From NCBI GenBank assembly GCA_950097015.1, contig CATNEN010000038.1:11718001-11782000 (forward strand): a stretch of 64,000 bases of DNA, written 5' to 3'. Below, piece after piece: positions 1 through 11,028 of the stretch. The translations under genes were made by a program, and so were the position numbers. The notes beneath the pieces were generated by a model. That model searched no databases and was not told the DNA's origin. It was given only the letters and a program-made list of their open reading frames with translations. The stretch's first letter is position 1. Each line of letters opens with the position of its first letter. Source of the stretch: Macrostomum hystrix (taxonomy: Eukaryota > Animalia > Platyhelminthes).

Positions 1-1050
1 CAGGTGTGGAATCCCCTTCTCACAGTCTGTCAGGTGTGGAATTCCCTTCTCACAGTCTGTCAGGTGTGGAATTCCCTTCTCACAGTCTGTCAGGTGTGGA
101 ATTCCCTTCTCACAGTCTGTCAGGTGTGGAATTCCCTTCTCACAGTCTGTCAGGTGTGGAATTCCTTTCTTACAGTCTGTCAGGTGTGGAATTCCCTTCT
201 CACAGTCTGTCAGGTGTGGAATTCCCTTCTCACAGTCTGTCAGGTGCCGAATCCCCTTCCCACAGTCTGTCAGGTGTGGAATCCCCTTCTCACAGTCTGT
301 CAGGTGTGGAATTCCCTTCTCACAGTCTGTCAGGTGTGGAATTCCCTTCTCACAGTCTGTCAGGTGTGGAATTCCTTTCTCACAGTCTATCAGGTGTGGA
401 ATTCCCTTCTCACAGTCTGTCAGGTGTGGAATTCCCTTCTCACAGTCTGTCAGGTGTGGAATTCCCTTCTCACAGTCTGTCAGGTGTGGAATTCCCTTCT
501 CACAGTCTGTCAGGTGTGGAATTCCCTTCTCACAGTCTGTCAGGTGTGGAATTCCCTTCTCACAGTCTGTCAGGTGTGGAATTCCTTTCTTACAGTCTGT
601 CAGGTGTGGAATTCCCTTCTCACAGTCTGTCAGGTGTGGAATTCCCTTCTCACAGTCTGTCAGGTGTGGAATTCCCTTCTCACAGTCTGTCAGGTGTGGA
701 ATCCCCTTCTCACAGTCTGTCAGGTGTGGAATTCCCTTCTCACAGTCTGTCAGGTGTGGAATTCCCTTCTCACAGTCTGTCAGGTGTGGAATTCCTTTCT
801 CACAGTCTATCAGGTGTGGAATTCCCTTCTCACAGTCTGTCAGGTGTGGAATTCCCTTCTCACAGTCTGTCAGGTGTGGAATTCCCTTCTCACAGTCTGT
901 CAGGTGTGGAATTCCCTTCTCACAGTCTGTCAGGTGTGGAATTCCCTTCTCACTGTCTGTCAGGTGTGGAATTCCCTTCTCACAGTCTGTCAGGTGTGGA
1001 ATTCCCTTCCCATAGTCTGTCAGTTGCTGAATCTCTTTCCTACGGTCTTA
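1..1050. repeat. 30-bp minisatellite (CAGGTGTGGAATTCCCTTCTCACAGTCTGT)n, runs off the window start
   Basis: About 35 near-identical units. Variant units recur 420 bp apart (e.g. 281/701, 388/808). The ORFs at 4..1089 and 6..1055 are repeat translations. Confidence 0.97.
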
Positions 1051-2749
1051 TATAGGTTTGGCTTGGGCCTAAGATGTGTAGACAATTAAAAAAATTTAAA
1101 ATTTTCAAACCATAAGTTTTTTAATAATAACTTTCTGAATATCTATGAGAAATAGAAGTTAATAATTATATACTTAGAGGTTAAGACTCTTCTGTCTATT
1201 AAAATGTAAAAGAAAATTGTTTACAACTTTATGGCTATAATTTGTTTTTTATCTTGGCTTGGCCCTACTAAAATAATAGCAAACTGATTGCTCAAGTTAA
1301 TGAAGCCATTCACACAAAAACAATAATAGCTAGTTCAATCCATATAATTCACTCAAACAAACTTAAATCTAGAGTTCAGGGTCAGAAAATATAGCTAAGC
1401 TCTTTAGTGAATATAGCTAGCTACATGAATATGAGATGAAAAGCTGTCAATGTTTAGAAAATAATTCAAAAAATGCTATAAATTCTAAATTGGTCTGTTG
1501 TCAATTTATAGTTTACAAAAGAAAACACAAGCATTCATCCTTAGTTTGCTCAATAAAACAATCAGCATCAAAGCTACTAGCTAAAATTCCTTAAACACAA
1601 CACAATATCAGTTTTATTATAATTTTACTCAGTATGGATTTATATCAGTTCATGATAGTCGCTTAATTAACCAATGTATAAAACAATATTATATAGTATA
1701 CTTTAACAGCGGATCGGATGCAACAAGATGTAGCTCTAGTTTAGCTTTAAGTTAACATAGTTTATTTTGATTGTCGAACTCGTAGTGCATATGGGCATTA
1801 GGCCAGTTAGAAATAAGAAAAATGTACGCTACATATATGCATTCTATACAACCACCATAAAAAAGGAACTAGGGGGCCTATCCAATGACGTCGTTCCTTG
1901 TTATTATATCATGAATAACTAACTACTAACTAGCTCAGAATTATTATTCTACTTTTAGCCTGCTTTTAAATTGCCTAATATTGTTTGTGATATAAGACTT
2001 TACATACGCTATGGGCACAAACGATACTAAAAAAAGTGAATTCTAAAGGCCTTTATATTGAAACAAGCACTATTTTTAGCAGTTTGCATCCTTGCACAAA
2101 TACTTTATCTACTCAAGTTAATTTATTGTTTGTTAAAATACGCGACAGGCATATTTTAAACAAGGACCCCAAAAAGAACAATGAAGAGCAACGTGAGCCT
2201 TGAGTGGTCCTTGATTTTAATACATTTTAACTTTTTATTATTCTCCTTTTTCTATTTTTTACTTATCACTTAACTTTTTTTTTCTTTTTTACTAACTCTT
2301 ACTAACTGACTAACTTTTACTAACTTAATAACAAACATTTTTTATTTTTTTACTTAGAAAATATTGCGAGTGTATGATTCTATTTTTTTGCCCGGCAATT
2401 TCCGATTTCCCTACGTTTTCAGTGCATTCATATGAGAAAGTGCAAGCAAATGAACAATGTAGTGTAACTACACACTACCACAATAGTACGTTAAACTAGA
2501 CCTAGTGGTCCTTGTCGCAAAGGCACATGTGTGCAGTAAAACAAAATTACCACTGACACATAAGCAATAATTCACTATTTCATAAACGATTTATCATTCT
2601 GTTTCTTGATTTATCATTAAAAATGATAATAAGCCTGGTGTAAAACGTTATTTGTCAACTCCTGCAAATAAATGTAATTTTGATCGATTTAGGTTACTTC
2701 AGAAAATTGCTTTATATAAAATTAGTTTTTCGTCCATTGTACTCGTAGT

Positions 2750-3025
2750 CCTCTCAGCCGTGGTTCGAGTCTCATGCTTGCTCTAATTGGGTGACTCGAC
2801 TTTTGTGGAGTCGAGTGACAGGGGGACCCGACTAAGGTGCCTAGTCTCGTGAAAAGGCACGTGGCTCAAATATTGCGCAAGTGCAGTGGCAACACAACTG
2901 AGACCAGAACACATGTAAATTGAAATTGCATATACTTTTATTGAATTGCCTAGCCTGCGGCACTCCTTAGCTCTTCCGCGTCCTTGTTGGGCGCATTATG
3001 CGATAATGCGCATTAATTAATTATA
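2750..3025 (+). mobile_element. Probable SINE relic (B-box, internal hairpins, 3' stem-loop and AT tail)
   Basis: GGTTCGAGTC B-box near 2762; hairpin ACTCGACT/AGTCGAGT; 3' hairpin GCGCATTAT-GCG-ATAATGCGC followed by ATTAATTAATTAT. Only one copy in the window. Confidence 0.45.
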
Positions 3026-3455
3026 ATTCGATTTCATCCAAAGAAGTATCGGGACGTGAACGATTTGTTTTAAACTGATACCAACCCTGTTCGTTCGCTC
3101 GCACATCTATATTATAAAAGCTACTTACGGTACAAGCATGAAAGAAAACCATTAATATGCTTTATTTAACATAAAAAATTATGATGCTATAAAAGCCTAT
3201 AAACTATAAAAAACTTTCCTTGCCATATAAAAAACTACGCAATCTAATGGCTTACTGCACATAGAATAATGTTCTACAGTTGTACCATATCGCGGTTCAG
3301 TGGTGCAGAAAGCGTTATGCATAAATGCATAGGCCAAATAAAAATCATAGTATGCAACTGCCTGCTAAATGTATAACATAAGTATAAGCTTACAGCGCAC
3401 GTAAGCGAAAAAATCATGTGTGCACTGGACTCTGTCTTTTAAAAAGCGTTCAGAT

Positions 3456-4820
3456 TTACTGATCCAAGTCCTTTTCAATCTCCTCAATTTCTTCTTCCTC
3501 ACCTTCGACGGTGTCCACGCCGACCTCTTCATAGTCCTTCTGCATGGCGCCGAGGACCTCGCGGGCCTCAGCGAACTCGCCCTCCTCCATGCCCTCGCCC
3601 ACATACCAGTGCACAAATGCGCGCTTCGAATAGAGCAGGTCGAACTTGTACGCCAAGCGGTCCCAGGCCTCCGCAATGGCCGTAGTGTTGCTGAGCATGC
3701 ACACAGCGCGCGGAACTTTAGCCAGGTCGCCACCTGGCACTGTCGTGGGCGGCTGGTAGTTAATACCCACCTTGAAACCGGTGGGGCACCAGTCGACAAA
3801 CTGAATCTCCCGCTTGGTCTTTATCTTCCGAATTGATTCGTTTATATCCTTAGAGGAGACGTCTCCGCGGTAGAGCAGGCAGCAGGCCATGTACTTGCCG
3901 TGCCGCGGGTCGCACTTTACCATCTGGTTGGAGGTTTCGAAGCACGCGTTGGTTATGTCGTTTACTTTTAACTGTTCGTGATTGGCCTTCTCCGTGGAGA
4001 TTATGGGCGCGTAAGTTGCTAGGGGGAAATGAATTTTTGGGTAGGGCACTAAATTCGTCTGGAACTCGGTGATGTCAACGTTGAGAGAACCTTCAAAGCG
4101 AAGCGACACGGTGATGGATGAGACAATCTGGGCGATGATTCGGTTCAGGTTGGTGTAGGCCGGCCTATCAACGTCCAAGCTGCGCCGACAGACGTCGTAG
4201 ATGGCCTCGTTGTCGACCATGAAGGTACAGTCAGAGTGTCGCATGGTGCCGTTAGTGCAGAGGATAGCGTTGAATGGCTCCACAATGGCAGTTGATACCT
4301 GGGGCGCTGGGTAGATTGCAAACTGAAGCTTGGCTCTCTTGCCGTACTCGGTGGCAAGCTTATCCATGAGTAAGGTGGTGAAACCAGCTCCCGTGCCACC
4401 GCCAAAGGAGTGGAACACAAGAAAGCCCTGCAGGCCGCTGCAGTTCTCGGTTAGACGATGAAGAACCTCCCGGACTTTGCCTATGAGCTCCTTGCCGATG
4501 GTGTAATGACCCCTAGCGTAGTTGTTTGCGGCGTCCTCATTGCCAGTGATGAGCTGCTCCGGGTGAAACAGCTGCCTGTACGTGCCAGTGCGCACCTCGT
4601 CGATTACAGTTGGTTCAAGGTCTACTATTAACGTTCTCGGAACGTAGCGACCTGAGGGAGTTTCAGAGAAGAATGCACTTGAAGAATCGTCGCATTTTTC
4701 TTGACCGGAACTCATCAAACCATCGGCCTGAATACCGTGCTCCAGGCAGTACAGCTCCCAGCAGGCGTTGCCTATCTGGACGCCCGCCTGGCCAACGTGG
4801 ATGGAGATGCACTCGCGCAT
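3456..4820 (-). CDS. TUBA: Alpha-tubulin, divergent intronless isotype (454 aa)
   Basis: MREC N-terminus, [17 protein letters not shown](A)[36 protein letters not shown], acidic tail. Minus-strand AATAAA near 3161. Confidence 0.97.
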   Translation of the reverse strand: MRECISIHVGQAGVQIGNACWELYCLEHGIQADGLMSSGQEKCDDSSSAFFSETPSGRYVPRTLIVDLEPTVIDEVRTGTYRQLFHPEQLITGNEDAANNYARGHYTIGKELIGKVREVLHRLTENCSGLQGFLVFHSFGGGTGAGFTTLLMDKLATEYGKRAKLQFAIYPAPQVSTAIVEPFNAILCTNGTMRHSDCTFMVDNEAIYDVCRRSLDVDRPAYTNLNRIIAQIVSSITVSLRFEGSLNVDITEFQTNLVPYPKIHFPLATYAPIISTEKANHEQLKVNDITNACFETSNQMVKCDPRHGKYMACCLLYRGDVSSKDINESIRKIKTKREIQFVDWCPTGFKVGINYQPPTTVPGGDLAKVPRAVCMLSNTTAIAEAWDRLAYKFDLLYSKRAFVHWYVGEGMEEGEFAEAREVLGAMQKDYEEVGVDTVEGEEEEIEEIEKDLDQ

Positions 4821-5240
4821 ATTTGTGCGTACGTCGGTTGGTTTGATTGAGATCCAATCGAACAGATGGCAGTGATTAGGTAAAAATGAGAGTGACTTGC
4901 TTATCTCTCTTTGCGTCTTGGCCCATGAGCTAGGCTTGACTGGGGTCAGTCTATGGCCTTGCTTGCCTGGCCTGAAAGTCCAGTGACTTTATCTCGCTGT
5001 CTATGGACGAAGGTCCGCATATTTACCCACATTTATTACCCACACATGCCTAAATCTCACTTATAATAAACGTTGTAAGTGGAGCCATTGAAGCCGCCAT
5101 TAGAAATAGATGAAGCTGTTTTTACATGTACATGTGTTTTTGGCAGTTGACAGATCGGTCTGAAGACAGACAACTTCACCTAGTTGAAGTTGGAGCTGGA
5201 CAACCACTTATTTTAGAATCACATCCAGCACGACTCAATG

Positions 5241-5560
5241 TCAGCACGAAACACATGCCAGTTGGGACTCCTTCTTTGAGTATCTTATGTACCGCTGAGT
5301 TGACACAACCGAGCGATGTCCCGTCACATGCCCGATGTCCTCCAGCGAAAAGCCGTCGTTGTGCAGCTCCATCATGACCGTTGCTCTGATGCAATGAGGT
5401 GCATACCTTCTGGACCTTTGTTCCCAGTGTATTGTGTCCAACGCGCTGCCTGGCAAAATACCACGAGTCTGCGTTAGGCTCAGCCCTCGGCCGAATAACT
5501 CGATGCTGTCCACGACACCTTCTCGGTTCTTCGCATTCGCGATCCTTTCCATGTAGTCCT
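5241..5560 (-). pseudogene. Tyrosine recombinase C-terminal fragment, Crypton/DUF3504-like
   Basis: One frame gives SWY..QRVGHNTLG. A shifted frame gives YAPHCIRAT...GHVTGHRSVVSTQRY, i.e. the HxxR, GH and catalytic Y motifs of tyrosine recombinases. Frameshifted and truncated. Confidence 0.75.
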
Positions 5561-6417
5561 TGAAGCATGACTCTCGCCCAAGTGCAGTTATGACCTCTTC
5601 GAATGACTCATCCGTTAGGCGTCGTTATGAGTCATCATATTGAAATAGAATCATATATAATGTGCCTCAAACGTTACAATGGGCCTCAAATTGCAGCGTA
5701 CAGCAATCAGATTTCCTATAATTTCATCCTTCGTCAGACCAACAATGTTTCCTTAGTAACAATGTAAATTGCAATTTTTTGTCTCTAGCTGGGGCTACAA
5801 TTGTAGAAGCACTGAAAAAGGCCTCTTAAACGCTTTAAAAAAAGATTATGTATGTCGACTTGACAAAACTCCCAGACATCAAACACAAATGCTGAAGTAC
5901 ACTGATGAAGTGAAAAAAAGAAGAAAAGTGTCATTTTAATAAAATCAAAGAACAGCTTTGTGTCTGGCAATTTTTTTCGTAAGCGTTAGAATATTATTTC
6001 GTTTGCAAAACTCTCTCCAGATTCATCTATTGTTGAATGTGTCAGTCAAACAAAATCTAATCATAAATAGGTTTATATTCACACGCCACACTGAAGACAC
6101 TGGTTTGTTGAGTTTATTTTTATCGTTTTTCTCTTGGATTCTGTATTATTTATTTTCCAGTTTATCGCGTCATAAACATAGTAGTATATAGGCATATCTC
6201 GAACCAGCTATCCATGTATTTTTATCCCCAGTTGCTCTCTTATCTGTAAAGGATCATGAATGATGCATAGGCCAGAATAGGATTCGGCAACATTTTAGCA
6301 GCGCTTAAAACAATTCCTCTGTCAATATTTTCATGCGAATGTTTGGCAAAGTCTAAGACGCGTTAACCAGTTACCGGGTTCCAAAAGATTAATAGGAGTA
6401 TAATCTAGCTGTTCTGA

Positions 6418-7400
6418 TCACCTCTCAGTCTCACCTTCTAATCTAATGTCTCACCCCTCAGTCTCACCCCTCAGTCTCACCCTTTAGTCTCACCTTCTAA
6501 TCTAATGTCTCACCCCTCAGTCTCACCCTCTATTCTAGTGTCTCACCCCTCAGTCTCACCCCTCAGTCTCACCTTCTAATCTAATGTCTCACCCATCAGT
6601 CTCACCCCTCAGTCTCACCTTCTAATCTAATGTCTCACCCATCAGTCTCACCCCTCAGTCTCACCTTCTAATCTAATGTCTCACCCATCAGTCTCACCCC
6701 TCAGTCTCACCTTCTAATCTATTGTCTCACCCCTCAGTCTCACCCTCTATTCTAGTGTCTCACCCCTCAGTCTCACCCCTCAGTCTCACCCTTTAGTCTC
6801 ACCTTCTAATCTAATGTCTCACCCCTCAGTCTCACCCTCTATTCTAGTGTCTCACCCCTCAGTCTCACCCCTCAGTCTCACCTTCTAATCTAATGTCTCA
6901 CCCATCAGTCTCACCCCTCAGTCTCACCTTCTAATCTAATGTCTCACCGCTCAGTCTCACCCTCTATTCTAGTGTCTCACCCCTCAGTCTCACCCCTCAG
7001 TCTCACCCCTCAGTCTCACCCCTCAGTCTCACCTTCTAATCTAATGTCTCACCCCTCAGTCTCACCCCTCAGTCTCACCCCTCAGTCCCACCTTCTAATC
7101 TAATGTCTCAACCCTCAGTCTCACCCCTCAGTCTCACCTTCTAATCTAATGTCTCACCCCTCAGTCTCACCCCTCAGTCTCACCTTCTAATCTAATGTCT
7201 CACCCCTCAGTCTCACCTTCTAATCTAATGTCTCACCCCTCAGTCTCACCCCTCAGTCTCACCTTCTAATCTAATGTCTCACCCCTCAGTCTCACCTTCT
7301 AATCTAATGTCTCACCCCTCAGTCTCACCTTCTAATCTAATGTCTCACCCCTCAGTCTCACCGCTTCTCATACAGTGTCTCACCCCTCAGTCTCACCCTT
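6418..7400. repeat. Compound minisatellite (GTCTCACCCCTCA / GTCTCACCTTCTAATCTAAT)
   Basis: Tandem mixture of 13-bp and about 20-bp units sharing GTCTCACC. Confidence 0.95.
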
Positions 7401-7900
7401 GCCCTGCATTGAATAGTTTATTACGATTTAACAATCCCAGAAGTGAAATATGCAGAGAGGGGTCAAATAAACAGCAATTATTTCATGCCAATGGCCGTAG
7501 CGAGCGAGTGCACACTTCTCTCGCTTTGCAAAACTATTAAAATAGGATGAAAATATTTAATTTATAAAAAAAAACAGAATGTAGAATATACATTTTTAAT
7601 TTTGACCAATACTCGAGAAATGTGAAGTGGCCGATTTTTAATAAGGCTGGCAATAGCTTGGTAGTTTTCAAAGTACACAAACTGTTGCCCCTGCTGAATG
7701 AGTAAAACGGAGTAAATGAAATTAAGCTAGCCTTGGATTGGTCCGGCCCGCCCTGACTGCTCACGAACAGAATAAGCATATTAAACCAACGCTAGGAATG
7801 CGGAGTTTTGTGAAGCCATGAAATTTTAGAGCAGTAGATTAACTTCTCAACCGAAAGCTGGTCGTAGCGAGAGTGGTTGACAAAGAAATAATAATAAACA

Positions 7901-8536
7901 ATGGCTAGTTATGAATGCAGCAGTCTGGCAATCATCATTCTGATCATATGCGCGTCTCTGGTGAGTAAATAGTCAGCTAAGGAATCACACTCCCTCCACT
8001 CCACTCACTCCACTTGATTTGCACAGCTGCACATAACCTTGTCAAGTTAAACCAATTTCACCATTAGGATTTTTTTATCCGAGTTCGAGTCATGCAATGA
8101 CATTTTTAATTTCCGTGACATGCAATATCTACAATAGAATACCTAACGAATGTGACAGACCACCTGCAGAACTCGAAGATCAAATCACATGCAGACAGAC
8201 AGGCAGACAGACAGGCAGACAGACAGGCAGACAGACAGACAGACAGACAGGCAGACAGACAGGCAGACAGACAGGCAGACAGACAGGCAGACAGACAGGC
8301 AGACAGACAGGCAGACAGACAGGCAGACAGACAGGCAGACAGACAGACAGACAGACAGGCAGACAGACAGGCAGACAGACAGGCAGACAGACAGGCAGAC
8401 AGACAGGCAGACAGACAGGCAGACAGACAGGCAGACAGACAGGCAGACAGACAGGCAGATAGACAGGCAGACAGACAGGCAGACAGACAGGCAGACAGAC
8501 AGGCAGACAGACAGGCAGACAGGCAGGCAGGCAGAC

Positions 8537-8628
<92 letters not shown>

Positions 8629-8659
8629 AGGCAGGCAGGCATGCAGGCAGGCAGGACGG

Positions 8660-8723
<64 letters not shown>

Positions 8724-10909
8724 CAAACATCGTTAATCCATCCAATGATCCGGATAATCATTTCCCAGAGGACCAGCATGTTTAAGATAGTTCCCAGGTA
8801 AATAATAGATCAAACATTAACAATTTTAAAGCTTATCTTCTGAGAGAAAAATTAAATGAAAGGCCTGAAACGGAATAAGTAACGAATGAGAAAAACGTTT
8901 TCTTGAATAGAAACGGGACCAGATTACAGAAGCCAACATACTGCTGATGTTGCCTGTTTGATGATGACGTAATAGGCGGAATTGTCAGCCAAAATCGTTG
9001 ACCAATTATTGATGCAATCTTGTCAATCTTAGCCATTCTTTGGCACATTCTTAGAACCCGATTTGTCTCCATGCAGGGGTCCTCAGCTTACCTGTTTGTA
9101 CCCCCGTTATCATTGCGAGAGTGTCTGCGAGCTGATTGAGCTAATTTGTCCAATCTTGCTACTCACAAAATCTACTCGCGTACTTTTCGTTTTTTTCCTT
9201 TGAAAGGAACTTTTCTTACTCCTCCTCGTAGTTTCATTTCAATTAATCGATCAACTACACCATTCATCTACGAGTACTAATTAGTTGCACGCTATTTAGT
9301 TGTGATGTTTGTCGCGTAATGCATGAAGACGGCTATCAACAGCCATCGATAGCGGGGTCCCAGGGGTGTGTAATGCGGGCTGAACGAAGGCACCACTAAT
9401 TAGGTCCTGAAGCAACAGTCAGAAGAGAACGCTGTGTTCTTGTACAGCGGTAGAGCGTTAATTCGCTATCAATGCTGCACAGGTGGGATCACACACAGAT
9501 TTTGCCTTAATTAATGTCAGCGGGAAGGATTTTGGCTTTTCACATCCAAAACTGATATTTTTTGTCACTTCCGATTACATTCAGCTGACAGGAACTCGGA
9601 CGCTGAACTACACCGAAACGGATCCAACATCAAAGCTAGAGCAGCAACTTCGCAGTCGAGAACGCAGCTGTCAATCTAGTCTGGTCCCGGGTCGCCTCTC
9701 CGACATGACCGCCGATGTCAAAGTTTGCAGCGGTCAGTTTGACGGTTTTCTGTGCTGGCCGTCGGCTGCCATTGGGTCGAAAATTTCCCTGCCTTGTCCA
9801 GCCGACGTCTTTGCCATCAACGCGTCAGCAAATAGGCTGGCAACTCGCCGATGTCTGGCTGGCGGTCGATGGCAGCTCAACATCAGACGGACGGACTTTC
9901 ATCCGCTGACAGACTACTCAGAGTGCCTGATGGTTGGCGGGGCCAAGTCTGCTATTCGCCTGTACAATCTGGTAAGGCCTAATTGACTATAGGCTACTAC
10001 GGTGAGGCTCGGGTGAGTGGCAGACCGATTGAAAGCGTTCGCCTCTCTCACCAAGGTCCCTGAGCTCGATACCGCGGCGAGGCCACATTCATTTGGGGCG
10101 CAGCCGCGGAGAGAAGGCTCCAGAGGGCCAACCTCCAAGGCACAGTGAGAGTGCACACTGCCGGACGATGAGAAAGTCAGGTCAGTTGTACACACCTGAG
10201 TGAGAGTGTGCTCAGGAGTCAGCGAAATGGGCAGAATTGCCTCCTCGCTGGCCAATGTGTCACCAAACGATGTGCCATGCCCGTACCCAGTAGTATCGTA
10301 TGAAGACATTGATTTCACGTTTTTTTCACATTCCAAAGACGCAGATGTTCTTTATAAAAAATCCATCGTTTTTCGAAGACACAAAAGGAATGACACAAGC
10401 TGCACAGCTGCAGCCATTGCTCAAGAAACACTAGTAGTGGCTCTTGAGCATGTCCCGACTAAACAGGATATCTATTATAATTTCTAAATTCGCCTATTTT
10501 CTTACTCAATGCTCAGATGCAGCTGACTAAGGTGAGCAACCGGACTCAGCAGATGAGGCTCAGAGTTGAGCGAATCGTCTGCCTCGGTTCCAGGCAAGCT
10601 GGAAATCCATCCTCGAGTGCTCGGGTCCCCACTTGCGGCTCCGTGTTTGACGGCGTCCTCTGCTGGCCGCCACAGCCCGCCGGTACGCTGGGCCGTCAGC
10701 CCTGCCCGGACTACCTCAACGAGGTTCAGCGAGACGGCTTCGCCAGCCGGCTGTGCCAGGACAATGGCACCTGGCAGCTGGGCGGATGGACCAACTTCAC
10801 CGACTGCCTGCCAGCTGAACTGGCCGCTGCGGCCGCTGCCACCGGCACCATTGCTGATGGCTCCGAGGCGCTGGCTGCAGCCAAAGTAAGCCGTCCTGCC
10901 TGCCTGCCG

Positions 10910-10940
<31 letters not shown>

Positions 10941-10941
10941 G

Positions 10942-11028
<87 letters not shown>

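Noticed and set aside
1-1089. CRISPR-like 30-bp repeat and 350-360 aa ORFs
   Set aside because: Units are head-to-tail with no spacers and no cas genes; the ORFs are repeat translations.
5890-5930. Hammerhead-like CTGATGA...GAAA
   Set aside because: No flanking stems.
8097-8785. RQTD/LSVC/PACL ORFs
   Set aside because: Tetranucleotide microsatellite inside a GPCR intron.
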